Positions 37,629 to 48,253 are shown, counted from the stretch's first letter. The stretch: 64,000 nt of DNA from Dehalococcoidia bacterium (GCA_965262595.1 OZ253548.1:859740-923739), one strand, 5' to 3'. Notes: a model not told the origin generated them from the letters alone. Numbers and translations are program-made.

Positions 37629-38528
37629 ATGGAAATAACTGCGCCAGCAAGAAAAACTAGCTGGTACTCGCCGGCCGGCATACTCAACATCGGGCGCGAG
37701 ATTCGCCGGTATCCGTTGATACCTTTGACGATCCTGATGTTGATCTTGATTATTCCCGCGTTCTTTGCTCAATCAATTTCTCCCCATGACCCGGTCAGCG
37801 GCCAATTCTCCAAGCGTCTGACTCCTCCGGCTTGGCAAGAAGGAGGGTCTTCGGAATACCTCTTGGGCACGGACAAGCAGGGCCGTGATATGTTGAGCCG
37901 CATTCTCCACGGGGCCAAGTATGTGCTGGCTGTCTCTCTTAGCGTCATTTTTATTAGCGGAATAGTCGGGGTTTCCCTTGGTCTGATTGCCGGATATTTT
38001 GGCGGCAAGTACGACATGTTCATAATGCGGGGGGTGGATATCGCCTTATCGATCCCCGCCATACTTTTGGCCCTGGCTATCGTGGCATCCCGTGGCCCCA
38101 GTTTTGGCACAGTGATTTTTGTCATCTGCGTAATTCTGTGGTCCAGGTATGCTCGGCAGGTTCGGGGAGAGGTCTTGTCTATTAAGAACCAGGACTACAT
38201 CGCCCGGGCCCAGGTGTCGGGCGCCTCCAGTTTCCGAATCATCGTACGCCACGTATTTCCCAACGTAGTCAACTCAATTGTGGTGTTAGCTACGCTCCAG
38301 GTGGGGTTCGTTATCCTCCTGGAGTCGAGCTTGAGTTTCCTGGGGGCCGGCATCCCCCGGCCCACTCCGGCCTGGGGTCTGATGGTTGCCGAAGGGCGTG
38401 AATTGGTAACGAGCCACTGGTGGGTATCATTCTTCCCCGGCGTCGCCATATCCTTGGTAGTGCTCTCACTCAACCTTATGGGGGACTGGATCAGGGATCG
38501 GCTCGACCCCAAACAGCGCAATCTATAA
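37629..38528 (+). CDS. ABC transporter permease, peptide/nickel type (DppC/OppC-like)
   Basis: [20 protein letters not shown] and [13 protein letters not shown] are DppC/OppC motifs; 299 aa. Confidence 0.85.
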   Translation: MEITAPARKTSWYSPAGILNIGREIRRYPLIPLTILMLILIIPAFFAQSISPHDPVSGQFSKRLTPPAWQEGGSSEYLLGTDKQGRDMLSRILHGAKYVLAVSLSVIFISGIVGVSLGLIAGYFGGKYDMFIMRGVDIALSIPAILLALAIVASRGPSFGTVIFVICVILWSRYARQVRGEVLSIKNQDYIARAQVSGASSFRIIVRHVFPNVVNSIVVLATLQVGFVILLESSLSFLGAGIPRPTPAWGLMVAEGRELVTSHWWVSFFPGVAISLVVLSLNLMGDWIRDRLDPKQRNL

Positions 38529-38558
38529 TCGGTAAGTCCACCGAACTTAGACCAACCA

Positions 38559-38600
38559 AAAATACCGGAACTTCCGCGAAGGAAGTTCCGGTATTTTCTT
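38559..38600. terminator. strong rho-independent terminator, potentially bidirectional
   Basis: AAAATACCGGAACTTCC and GGAAGTTCCGGTATTTT form a 17-bp perfect stem (38559-38575 with 38581-38597) and a 5-nt loop. An A-tract lies upstream and T-rich sequence downstream. It is 30 nt after the permease stop. Confidence 0.8.
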
Positions 38601-38763
38601 GCACCTTATCCGGCTCTGGCTCAGTTGAGATCGATCTCTGACCATTAGGGAAACCAAGGCGTTTTCGGATATATAAGGCTGGGGCTGGTCTGACTCTACC
38701 CGATGTTAGGACCCTCATAGGGTTTATCCGGCTTGCCTCACCCAGATGACCCGACCGCGTCGC

Positions 38764-39345
38764 TTAACGGAGCTCATCCCGCCATAACTGGTAGGCAGAG
38801 GCCAGCACGCCCGGCCAAACGCCGACGCACAGGACGATGAGTCCCCAACTGACCTCTACGCTTCCAGAGAAAAACAGCTTGGAGTCAGCCCGCGGTATAT
38901 TTCCCACATTGGCCCAATTTACTATGCCCACCAGGGCGCTGACCGACAGCAGGACAAAAATAGCCAGCAACAGGAAGCCGCTGGACTTTGGTGGCAGTAG
39001 TACCCGCCAAAGAATCAGCCCACCGGCCAGGGCGGCCAGAATCAGGATAATTAGTCCATCGCCCACTAGAGGAATCATACCCGGCGCTTCCGTACCCTTA
39101 ACCCAGAATAAGTCAGACTGTTCACTCGCATAACCGTAAACGCTCCGATAACTCGGCACCTTGGCCCACGGACTTAAGGCTCCAACTATTACCAGAGCCA
39201 CGCTGACAATGGAAATGACCATGGGAACGGGGAAACCGGAGGAGCGACCCGCTAACAGGGGCGCCGGTGGTGTAAACTTCAAGCCAATCACCTTGGTAGG
39301 ATTTTCGTTGCCAATTATTATGACGGGATTGCCAGGCAGAGGCAA
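38764..39345 (-). CDS. hypothetical polytopic membrane protein
   Basis: 193 aa with 4-5 hydrophobic helices. No family recognised. Confidence 0.45.
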   Translation of the reverse strand: MPLPGNPVIIIGNENPTKVIGLKFTPPAPLLAGRSSGFPVPMVISIVSVALVIVGALSPWAKVPSYRSVYGYASEQSDLFWVKGTEAPGMIPLVGDGLIILILAALAGGLILWRVLLPPKSSGFLLLAIFVLLSVSALVGIVNWANVGNIPRADSKLFFSGSVEVSWGLIVLCVGVWPGVLASAYQLWRDELR

Positions 39346-39432
39346 TAATGTTGCAACCGTCCCGGTGGGACGGCTGCAACAACAATCGCAAATGGGGAAG
39401 GGTTGGTGTAGGGAGCCAAGCTCCCATTGCGG

Positions 39433-40491
39433 CTAGCGAAACGCGGGCATAACTTCCTCAGCGAACAGGCCAATGGAACGCATCACTTGTTCGTGAGTAA
39501 GGTCTCCCCAGGCAAAGATCGAGCAAAAATAATTGATGCTGCTTTCTTCCACAGTTCGCTTGACCTGGTCGAGCACCGTCTTAGGCGATCCGGCAATCAC
39601 CACTTCCTTCTCCACCCACTCATCGAAGTCTATCGTGGCCGGAAGGGGCACATCGTGCTTGTCCCACAAGAAGTTAATGTTATGGAACCAGGTGGCAAAT
39701 GCCGCGCGGCAATCATTGATAGCCTCCGCATCGGTAGGGGCGACGTAAACGTGTCGAGTGAGGCCCAGTTTTGGCTCCGTTACGTGGCCGTTCAAACGGT
39801 TGGCATCCCCCAAGTGCTCTTGCCAGATCTGGCGGTAAAGGTCGAAATGGGGCTTCACTTCCGCCGCCGGGTCGAACACGCTGCTGGTATTGAATCCGTG
39901 CTGCGCAATCCAGGGCACCGATTCCCGATTGTTGGTGGCGTACCACAATGGGGGATAAGGCTTTTGCTGCGGTTCGGACCACAGGCGGATATCCTTGTAG
40001 TTGTAATGCTTGCCCTCGTAGTTAAGAGTATTTCGGCTCAGGCCCATGATAAGGACGTCCAGAGCCTCAAGGAATATTTCCCGGCTTTCCTCCAGCTTCA
40101 CATCATAATGTTCCGCTTCCATTGGGACGATTCCCCGACCCACTCCCAATTCAAGCCGGCCGTTGCTCAGGTTGTCCAGCATACATACTTCGTGGAGCAG
40201 GCGCAGCGGACTGTAGAAGGGCAATAGATAGACCAGGGGGCCGAGACGAATGTTCTTGGTCCGTTGTGCGGCGGCTGCCAGGAAAACCCCCGGCGAGGGA
40301 GCCAGGCTAAGGGGAGTTATGTGATGCTCGGCCAGATGGTAACAGTAGAAGCCGTTTTGGTCGGCATATTCCAGAAGTTTTAGGCGTTCCTCATATATCT
40401 GATTGTGGGGGAGCTTCTCCCATTCAATCCAGTCAAAGAGACCAAACTCCAGGGCATTGCCATTGGGCCGCGTGATTTGTGACGTACTCAT
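39433..40491 (-). CDS. LLM-class (luciferase-like) flavin-dependent oxidoreductase
   Basis: FDWIEWEK..., YHLAEHHITPLS and RLELGVGRG are typical of luciferase-like monooxygenases; 352 aa. Confidence 0.8.
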   Translation of the reverse strand: MSTSQITRPNGNALEFGLFDWIEWEKLPHNQIYEERLKLLEYADQNGFYCYHLAEHHITPLSLAPSPGVFLAAAAQRTKNIRLGPLVYLLPFYSPLRLLHEVCMLDNLSNGRLELGVGRGIVPMEAEHYDVKLEESREIFLEALDVLIMGLSRNTLNYEGKHYNYKDIRLWSEPQQKPYPPLWYATNNRESVPWIAQHGFNTSSVFDPAAEVKPHFDLYRQIWQEHLGDANRLNGHVTEPKLGLTRHVYVAPTDAEAINDCRAAFATWFHNINFLWDKHDVPLPATIDFDEWVEKEVVIAGSPKTVLDQVKRTVEESSINYFCSIFAWGDLTHEQVMRSIGLFAEEVMPAFR

Positions 40492-40634
40492 TCCCAGACT
40501 CCGGTACGGTTTCGGTTGTTGTTATTTACCCAGTGTAATTTAGATCCGGAACCAAACGAAGAGGCAGGCCACTTTTAGAGCAGCCTGCCTCCAATGGAGC
40601 TTTGCAGAAAGTAACCGTAGTTACCTATTCCTTT

Positions 40635-42581
40635 TTACTTAGCCGCCGCCTTTACGCTGTGTAGGTGGCCGCCCCGAGGCACCGTACTGCCCGGATAGAC
40701 CCATTCGGACACTACCGAAGGATCAACGGCGACAGTGTGCGGGAACCAGAACAAAGGCATAGTCATGTAGTTATCAAAGGCATAGTTGCCGAATTCGCGC
40801 GCAAGATTGTCCCGCTCGTCGAAGTCGGTAATAGTCCGCCATTCGAGCGCCTTCCGGTTAGTCCAATTGTCCTGGTAGTGGTTACTCACTCCGGCGGTGC
40901 TGCTAAACCCGCTGGTATTACCGTATTCCAGGGGGAAGTAAATAATGATATTGGGCCAGACCCGGTGCTGCATCTCACGGCCACGGTAGCGCTGCCGCAC
41001 GGTGGCGCCGTCCAAGTCCTCAATCTTTACCTCAATCCCCACCTGGGACCAGTAGTTGCCGATGGCCTCCATCGCCTGGGGCAGTTCCGACTCACCCGGG
41101 GAGACATAGGATTGCACCGTCACCTTCACCGGGTTATCGGGACCGTATCCGGCTTCGGCCAGCAGCTGCTTGGCCTCTTCCGGGTCATACTTGTAAGCTG
41201 CCTCATAGCGTTCCGGCCAGGTATCGTCCCAACCGTAGTGGCTGGGGTGATAGTAGCCAACGTACATCAGTTCGCCGATGCCCTTGTAAAGCTCATCCAA
41301 CAACTCTTCCCGGTTGATGGCCTTGTTCATGGCCTTCCGTACCTTCCAACCCGGGTTGGGAGTGCCGGGAGCAGGCGGTTCTTGCCCCGCCCAGGGGGTG
41401 TTGGCCCAGGGCACCGTGGAGTCATAGGACGCTATGTCCCGCTCGTCATCACTGAGGTACATTCCACCAAAGAACACGAAGAAGTTATTGGCGGTGAACT
41501 GAGAGCGCATCAGCTTAAGGCCATTAATCGCCGCGTCCTTCTGCAAATCAAGGGGCAGGTCAGCCATGTGCGCTTCGCCGGCCCGAAGGGCGGCGTAGCG
41601 GCTGGCATCCTCAATCACCCAGTAAATTCGAACTTCCTGGAAGTCCGGGTCTTCCGACGGCACGTCGGAGGCGTCCTGGGTCCAGTGACGTCCGGGGGTC
41701 TTTTCAATAATGAAGGACTGAGCCGCTTCCCGGTCGAGATATTGGAAGGAGCCGGTCCCCTGAAGACCCTTATCGTCCAGGAGCTTTTCCCGGTCATCGA
41801 CAATTGGCCCGGCGGACTGCCAGAAGTCCTCGCTCCAGACACCCATTTCAGAGGAAGCGTTACTCATCACGAATTCGGCATCAAAGGTGGTAGTCGGGAC
41901 GCCATTCTCGTGAAAAATTACGGTGAACTCGTAGTCGCTGATCTTCCTGAAATACTGGTCCGGGCCAACCTTTTCCTGGCGCCCAGTGAAGTACCGGCCG
42001 GTCCCCAGACGGGAGTCTTCCCGGGTAACAATCTCGGCGGTATGCCGGAAGTCATCAGCAGTCAGTTCGCCCCAACCGTTATGGAACTGTACACCCTCGC
42101 GAATCTTGAAGGTCCATTCGCTCAGGTCTTCGTTGGCCGACCATTCGGTGGCCAGTTCGGGCACGTAGGCGCTGCTAGTGGCATCAATGCCGATGGCGTA
42201 TTCCAGTGTGGGGTCATACTGGACGTAGGACTGGCGGCTGCCAGCCCAAGGGCGGTTGGTCTCATTGGCTACCGCGCCGATGGCGTATTCCAGGCGTTCC
42301 ACCATTCGGGCCTCAACCATTGATTCCGTGGACGTATCCGCCGGTGCGGGTACCGCCGTTGCGGCGGGCTCCACAGCCGCGGATCCTGATGAGTCGGCTG
42401 AAGATTCGCGCTGAGCCACCGGAGCTGGCAGCCTTTCCGCCGGCACTTCCGCGACCGGCGCGGGGGCTGGAGCCGCGGCTTCCGGCGCAGACGATGAACC
42501 ACAAGCGACAATCAGAAGTAATGCTAAGCACAGCGACCCATAAATCCATGCTCTAGGGTCTTTAAACCAGTGAAGATCCAT
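40635..42581 (-). CDS. ABC transporter substrate-binding protein, family 5 (peptide/nickel type), lipoprotein
   Basis: Lipobox LLIVACGSS followed by a low-complexity Ala/Pro linker. 648 aa with SBP_bac_5-like organisation. It lies upstream of the LLM gene. Confidence 0.75.
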   Translation of the reverse strand: MDLHWFKDPRAWIYGSLCLALLLIVACGSSSAPEAAAPAPAPVAEVPAERLPAPVAQRESSADSSGSAAVEPAATAVPAPADTSTESMVEARMVERLEYAIGAVANETNRPWAGSRQSYVQYDPTLEYAIGIDATSSAYVPELATEWSANEDLSEWTFKIREGVQFHNGWGELTADDFRHTAEIVTREDSRLGTGRYFTGRQEKVGPDQYFRKISDYEFTVIFHENGVPTTTFDAEFVMSNASSEMGVWSEDFWQSAGPIVDDREKLLDDKGLQGTGSFQYLDREAAQSFIIEKTPGRHWTQDASDVPSEDPDFQEVRIYWVIEDASRYAALRAGEAHMADLPLDLQKDAAINGLKLMRSQFTANNFFVFFGGMYLSDDERDIASYDSTVPWANTPWAGQEPPAPGTPNPGWKVRKAMNKAINREELLDELYKGIGELMYVGYYHPSHYGWDDTWPERYEAAYKYDPEEAKQLLAEAGYGPDNPVKVTVQSYVSPGESELPQAMEAIGNYWSQVGIEVKIEDLDGATVRQRYRGREMQHRVWPNIIIYFPLEYGNTSGFSSTAGVSNHYQDNWTNRKALEWRTITDFDERDNLAREFGNYAFDNYMTMPLFWFPHTVAVDPSVVSEWVYPGSTVPRGGHLHSVKAAAK

Positions 42582-42832
42582 ATTCTACTCTCCATCGCCT
42601 CCCGGCAAATTGTAATTGGTTATACCCATGATAATCATGACCGACTGGGGTTACTGAATAACCGATTTGGCGACCCACCCCAAAACCATTAATTGCCGCT
42701 AATCGGTAAGACCTATTCCCCCAATCCGGAAAACTATAAGACCGACTATCTCAATTGTCAATAATCTATTAATGGTTACACGAACTGACAACAACCCCCG
42801 AATCAACCTTCTTTCTTGACAGTCGTGAACGA

Positions 42833-45145
42833 TTACGCCGGAAGAGGACCAAAGTCCGGCGGGGAGACCCGACGCCGGGAAGCAGCCTCGTAAGCCGATG
42901 CAATGGTCAGGAGAATATCTTCCTTGCCCGGCTCGGTGCGAAAAACCAGGGAGAAGGGCAGACCAGGCTCCGTCAGGGTAGTTGCAACATCGGATTGAAC
43001 CGACTCATAGCGAGTGCCGTCCGCTGAAAGTTTGAAAACCGGGTCGTAAGCAGTCTGAACGTAGCCGGCGGGTATCAATACCTCGGTCAATCCGGCGTTG
43101 GGGCCGTTGGTTGACTCTTGACGGATGTTGTTCCCGCCGTCGTTCTGGTTGGCGCCGCCAATCTTGGCCGGGGGATAGGGAGTATGCAGCCGCACCAGGG
43201 CGTCCAACTTGTTCTCCAGAATTACCATCATATCCACCCGCCGCAGCAACTCCCGAAGCATAATGCGCTCATCCACACCCTGCCGTTCGCCCAGCGGGTT
43301 ACGCATATCCGTAACTTCTTCCCAGTTCTTAAAGGCGGCTCGTTGGTCGTCGCCCCAGAACTTGGAGCGAGCGTTGAGGGTGGGCCAGTCCACCAGGCTT
43401 TCTCCGTAGCCCAACGCGCGCCAGTCGGCGGAGCGGCGGCTGAGATATTGCCGAATGTGGAACCGGAAAGACATTGCCAGAACCTGTTGTTGAATGGTAG
43501 CCAGGTCCAGGTTCACCGGCGGCTCAATCAGCCCGTCGGCCAGCTCTACAAAATAATCTATCGGCTGCATCTCCCCGGAACCGAACACCTTGCCAGGGGC
43601 AAACTCGGTGGGAACGATGACCTCGGCAAACTCCTTGAACAGGGGTTGGCCGTCCGGCCCCAGGCGGTAGAGGATATCCGGCATAAAGACGGGCGTCAGC
43701 CGGGCAATGGCCCGCCGGAAGTCAACCGTCATCATCTCAATTTCCGGGTCTGCCGGCCAGTTCCGGTCGTAGGACTCAAGCAGGGTGGCCCCCAGCCGAT
43801 CCCTCAACACTTCCTTTATCTCGCGGTTGGCGGCGGTGACGATCGGCTCTTCGGTGCGGGAGCCGGGCGGATAGGCCATTGATTCCCGGATAATCCCAAT
43901 ACGCATCCCGGACAAGGACTCCGGCGCTCCGGAACTGCCGGAGTGGCTGGCATAGGGCGTAGGCAACACCGATGAACGGGGGACGGTAGTGAAGGGGTCG
44001 CGGGGGTCATAATAACCGTTTTCCGGGTCTTTAAGGGCATCCAGCACTTTGGCGCAGTCCTGAATTCTGCGGCAGTGAATACCGGTGCGGTCACAGTAGA
44101 TATCCGCGCCAATAGCCCCGCCGTCAAATCCCAACATCGCCTTGTGGGGCAAAATGAGAGCGACGGAATTGTGATTGGCCGGCCCACGGGTAGAGGCTCG
44201 GGTTTCTTCGCCCAAACTGGCCATAACCATATTAGTGCTGACCGAAAGAGCCGACCCGGAACTGGAACCCAGGGAGGCGGAACGGGAGGTATCATAAGGA
44301 TTGGAGGGGTTGCCGCCCCACGAACTACGCTGGTAACCCAACACCGACGGCAGTACCTTATCCGGAGTGTGACGCCCCCCAGGGTCTCCGGCTCGGCCAT
44401 TGTATTCGGTGTTAACCGCCTTGGCGAAGATTATCGCCCCTTTATTGCGAAGCTGCTCAACCAGAACGTGGTCGCGGGCCGGAAAATCAATGTCGTAGCT
44501 GGCATCCCCGCCGCCGGTGGAACGCATATCCTTGGTGTCAAATGGGTCCTTAAAGGAAAATGCGACACCGTGCATCGGCATTAATTCCAAGTCCGGGTTG
44601 CTGCCATACTCGGCATCCAACTCGGCCGCCCTTTCCAGAGCGTCGGGGAATTGGCGAAAGTGTTCGCAAACCGGCGGCGCCCCGGCGGGCAATGGTCCCT
44701 GGGAAGGATGGCGGTCAAAGTCCCCTTTGCAGGTTACCGACCGTTCTCCCCGGATATTCAGGGTGCCCAGGGCGTTCACCTGTCCCGCCTTACTTTTGGC
44801 GACAATCATTCCGTATTGCTGCTGCACCGACGGATCGGATGCGGTAGATTCCATCCGGCCAAACTCAAGGGGCTTCCCCTGGTACTTGTCCAGGTCGGGC
44901 AAAATCTCCGATGCCCGGACAGTTTCGGTTGGAAAGCTGACCGGCTGCCCTCCGCGAATGGCGCCGGTGGCTTCCGGGACCGGCGAACCGTCTGTAGTTA
45001 CCAGGTGACTGGGTACTCCGTTGTAGGCCCGTACCCGATCGATATAGCGCTGTACAATCTCGACACAGGTTATTTGACCCGCCTGAATCGCCCGGTGCAG
45101 GTCGTCTATGGTTGCCTCTTCCAGCCGGAAACTATTGTCGGTCAT
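42833..45145 (-). CDS. amidase-signature family enzyme, large (770 aa)
   Basis: The amidase signature is SASLGSSSGSALSVSTNMVMASLGEETRASTRGPA. A catalytic Lys region is near VAFSFKDPFDTKDM. Large N-terminal insertions and a C-terminal extension are present. Confidence 0.75.
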   Translation of the reverse strand: MTDNSFRLEEATIDDLHRAIQAGQITCVEIVQRYIDRVRAYNGVPSHLVTTDGSPVPEATGAIRGGQPVSFPTETVRASEILPDLDKYQGKPLEFGRMESTASDPSVQQQYGMIVAKSKAGQVNALGTLNIRGERSVTCKGDFDRHPSQGPLPAGAPPVCEHFRQFPDALERAAELDAEYGSNPDLELMPMHGVAFSFKDPFDTKDMRSTGGGDASYDIDFPARDHVLVEQLRNKGAIIFAKAVNTEYNGRAGDPGGRHTPDKVLPSVLGYQRSSWGGNPSNPYDTSRSASLGSSSGSALSVSTNMVMASLGEETRASTRGPANHNSVALILPHKAMLGFDGGAIGADIYCDRTGIHCRRIQDCAKVLDALKDPENGYYDPRDPFTTVPRSSVLPTPYASHSGSSGAPESLSGMRIGIIRESMAYPPGSRTEEPIVTAANREIKEVLRDRLGATLLESYDRNWPADPEIEMMTVDFRRAIARLTPVFMPDILYRLGPDGQPLFKEFAEVIVPTEFAPGKVFGSGEMQPIDYFVELADGLIEPPVNLDLATIQQQVLAMSFRFHIRQYLSRRSADWRALGYGESLVDWPTLNARSKFWGDDQRAAFKNWEEVTDMRNPLGERQGVDERIMLRELLRRVDMMVILENKLDALVRLHTPYPPAKIGGANQNDGGNNIRQESTNGPNAGLTEVLIPAGYVQTAYDPVFKLSADGTRYESVQSDVATTLTEPGLPFSLVFRTEPGKEDILLTIASAYEAASRRRVSPPDFGPLPA

Positions 45146-45301
45146 TACCGCACCTTCCCAAGTCAGTTAAAAACAGACGGCAGACAAGGGCCTTCCCCGG
45201 CCAGGGTCGGAAATCGCCCAGCCGGGGAATCCACTTTCGTTCACCGCCCGCATTCCAAGTCTCGTCACTTCGTTTTCTTCTTAAAGGCTCGAAGAGTCAA
45301 G

Positions 45302-46321
45302 CTATTCCACGACCACTTGCTCATCCATCAGTACGCCACCCTCCCGGTAGGCAATCGAAATGGGGTCGCGCAACAGGGCGGCCTGTATTGCCTCGATGGG
45401 CATAGTACGGGGGCTGCCCGGAGCGACAATCCGGCGCACCGCGTTGCGGTTGGCTACCCGACCTTCGGCGGCATTGCCCTGAGCCTGGTTGCGCCCTCCC
45501 GTCACGTTCATGCCCACCTCCACCCTCAAATCTGAAGCATCCCCGACTCCCTCCAAGGGCAGCAGGCGGCTCAGGGTAGTCGCCGTGGAGGCGGCCCAGC
45601 CGGCCTGGGCGGTGGGGAATGGCGGCGGCACCCAACCATCGGAACTGTGGCCGGCCAGCAGTGTCCACCGGCTGGTATGGGTCAGGTTTTGGGTGGTGAC
45701 GTAAACCTTGGCCTCGCCCTCTTCCTGCATCCCCCCATTTTCGTCGTATTCCTTGGTGTCCAGCAGATAGCTGCCGTGCACCGTACCCGGCATTATCGTC
45801 GGGAGGTTGCCTTCCAAAGGCTGAAGACCCTCTGGGGCCGGAGAAGCGGCGGTTATTTCGCCGGACAACCACTGTACCTCATCTTCTACCACCATTGCGC
45901 CCTTGGTGAGGGCCTGCCCCACGGGACAGAAGCGGGCGGCGCGCTGTAGCCGGACTCGCTCCGTCTCGGAGAGATTACCCTTCAGTCTGACCACTTCCCG
46001 GACGCCAAAACCGATGGAACCGGCGCGCTCAATCGGCTCAACCTCGAAGTCAACTTCGATGTTTTCCAAGGGAATGCCACCACGGTAGGCGACGCCTACC
46101 ACCGTGACCACCGTTCAAGCAGCCCAGCCGGCCACCGCCAAGTACTGCGGCGGTGGGCCGCTAAGGTCCGAACTCAGGTTGGGAATGCCGGTTACGAAAG
46201 GCCAGGGGCCCCGGTTGCCGGCGCCAGCGCCAATCAGGGTAAGAACCGTGTCCTCGCCCACCGGACGGGAGATGATGCTTCGTTGGGGCTGGGAAGCGTT
46301 GGCATTATTAGCTTGAGTCAT
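45302..46321 (-). CDS. tandem OsmC/Ohr-like protein, predicted selenoprotein (UGA at 46117..46115 read as Sec)
   Basis: Track ORFs 46115..46321 and 45302..46111 share one frame and are separated only by TGA: ...PPPQYLAVAGWAA-U-TVVTVVGVAY.... The second Cys motif, AARFCPVGQAL, is retained. GGAGGGG lies 5-6 nt upstream of the ATG at 46321. The second half repeats the fold with GWAAST and LLRDPIS. Confidence 0.7.
46078..46106 (-). promoter_or_regulatory. candidate bacterial SECIS hairpin
   Basis: The mRNA CACGGUGGUAGGC-GUC-GCCUACCGUGGUG starts 9 nt after the UGA. It has 12 pairs (2 G-U) and 1 mismatch. The apical loop contains G and begins 21 nt after the UGA. Confidence 0.6.
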
Positions 46322-46391
46322 AAGGCCCCTCCGTTTAATGTATTGGGATTGAGTTCACTATAGTTGGGCAGCAGCAAAAGCGTCAACCGGA

Positions 46392-46814
46392 TTACTCTGC
46401 GTCCCGCGGCAACCGACAGGAGCCATTGGGACGGCAGGGTTTGAAACCGGAAAAGCGGGGACGCACTCGCCGAAACAGGGCATAGCCGACCATCCCTAAC
46501 TGCCGCAGGCCTGGAACCCGCGTCCAACCCCAAACCCAGCCCTGGCCGACGACATCCCACATTATAGGGAAGCTGTCCAGACCTTCGTGCAGGACACCTT
46601 CCTTGTCTTTGACATACATTCTGGCAACGAAGTCCGACAGCTCCAGGTCGTATTGGGCCGGGTCAAAGTCGGGACTGGCAATATCTGTGGTGCGAAGGCT
46701 CCCTTTCTTGTCCAGCCGCCGCAAAAGGCCAATTTCCTGCCGGCATACCGGACAGAGGCTATCGTAAAAAACCTCAACCAATGGCGTTTCCTCAGCGGTG
46801 TCTATACTCGCCAT
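46392..46814 (-). CDS. DCC-family thiol-disulfide oxidoreductase (DUF393)
   Basis: VFYDSLCPVCRQEIGLLRRLD matches the DxxCxxC motif of the DCC family; 140 aa. Confidence 0.7.
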   Translation of the reverse strand: MASIDTAEETPLVEVFYDSLCPVCRQEIGLLRRLDKKGSLRTTDIASPDFDPAQYDLELSDFVARMYVKDKEGVLHEGLDSFPIMWDVVGQGWVWGWTRVPGLRQLGMVGYALFRRVRPRFSGFKPCRPNGSCRLPRDAE

Positions 46815-46869
46815 TTAATAACCCTCCCGAGCGGGTTTCCAACTCGCCAATGCAGGCGCGGACTTGAGG

Positions 46870-48096
46870 TTAGGGAGCGACGTCAAACGGCCCGGGCAGT
46901 TCCAGTTCATCGCCAATTTCGCGAATGGCGGGCAGGACTTCCTGGTCCATCAACTGCAAACAGCGCATGGTTGCCTCGTGGGAGATGGAGCCGTCATTGG
47001 TCCAGACCGCGAGGATGCCGGGGCGCACAATTTCCAATACCTCTCGCACTTTGCGAATCACCGTGTCCGGGCTGCCGATAACCATGCGGTTGTCGTCGAT
47101 CATCGCCTGGAAGGTTTCGTCCGTCACCGGGCCGGTGCGGAAGGGGTCGCTGGCGCGGGTTTCCCGGACCTTGGCTTCCCGCGCGTCGTCAGCCCATTCG
47201 TCCCGGGTAGCCCGGTTATAACCGGGCGGGAAGGAATATTCCCGGGGCATCGGCACCCGGCCAACGCCGACCAAAGCCTCCAGGAAGCCGCGGCCGGCCT
47301 CTTTGGCCTTCTCGTCGGTATCCTGAACGTGGATCGGCAACATATAACCGAAGTTCTGCGGCCCGGCCTCATACCCCTGAATCCGGGCGGCGTCCCGGTA
47401 AATGTCCTGCATATAGCTAAAGGTATAGGGAACTATACCCAGATAGAAGTAGGGGTAGTGGTGCTCGGCGCACCAGGCTGCCGTTTCCGCGCTGCCGGTT
47501 CCCGGAATCCAGACGGGTGGATGGGGCTTTTGGAACGGCACCTGGAAGGGATTTACGTGCCGGAAGTGGTAATGCTTGCCTTCCCAGCGGAAGGGGCCAG
47601 GCGTGGTCCAGGTCTTGATGAGGAGGTCGTGAGCCTCTTCAAACCGCTCCCGGTTGTAAACCGGGTTGGTGTTGGTGGCCCAGCTCTCGGTGCCGCCGCC
47701 ACGCACAAAGCCGGAAACCAGGCGGCCCCGGGAGATACAGTCGATTTCCGCAAGCTCCTCGGCCAGCCTGAGGGGGTTTTCATGGATGGGCAGCGGGTTG
47801 CCCATCAGGACGATTTTGGGCTTCTTGGTGATACGGGCGAGGATGGCAGCCTCCAGGTTCATGGCCGCGCCCAGGCTGGTGGGAGTGCTGTGGTGCTCGT
47901 TGAGCATCATCCCATCAAAGCCCACTTCTTCGCAGTATTGCCACTCGTCCAGGTAGTAGTTGTACTGGTTGGCGGCCACTTCCGGGTCAAAATGGGAGTT
48001 GGAGAAGGTAACCCGGTGGGCGCCGCCGGGGCTGTTTTTAACGTCTTCCTCGGTATAGTTAAAGTAAGCGCGCTCGGTGAACCTCATTACGAACAT
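46870..48096 (-). CDS. LLM-class (luciferase-like) flavin-dependent oxidoreductase
   Basis: 408 aa. FDGMMLNEHHSTP and RLVSGFVRGGG are luciferase-like motifs. Confidence 0.8.
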   Translation of the reverse strand: MFVMRFTERAYFNYTEEDVKNSPGGAHRVTFSNSHFDPEVAANQYNYYLDEWQYCEEVGFDGMMLNEHHSTPTSLGAAMNLEAAILARITKKPKIVLMGNPLPIHENPLRLAEELAEIDCISRGRLVSGFVRGGGTESWATNTNPVYNRERFEEAHDLLIKTWTTPGPFRWEGKHYHFRHVNPFQVPFQKPHPPVWIPGTGSAETAAWCAEHHYPYFYLGIVPYTFSYMQDIYRDAARIQGYEAGPQNFGYMLPIHVQDTDEKAKEAGRGFLEALVGVGRVPMPREYSFPPGYNRATRDEWADDAREAKVRETRASDPFRTGPVTDETFQAMIDDNRMVIGSPDTVIRKVREVLEIVRPGILAVWTNDGSISHEATMRCLQLMDQEVLPAIREIGDELELPGPFDVAP

Positions 48097-48253
48097 TAGA
48101 AGAGCCTCCCGGTAGTGGGATTAATGGTTGTCAAGTTACTCTATCCGTTTGTTATAGTCAAACAAGGTTGAGGCGGGCAACCACATGGGTTGACCCTTCA
48201 AAATAGGGCTGGTGCTGTAGGGTCAACCCATGTGGTTGCCTTAGTCTATGCGC

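Noticed and set aside
40665-42323. 552-aa plus-strand ORF, antisense to the family-5 SBP gene. Similar shadow ORFs are 39427..40227, 46864..48099 and 43118..43882.
   Set aside because: Each is antisense to a gene with clear family motifs. They have no RBS or recognisable domains, and they show the biased Gly/Val/Arg/Pro composition expected from the reverse frame.
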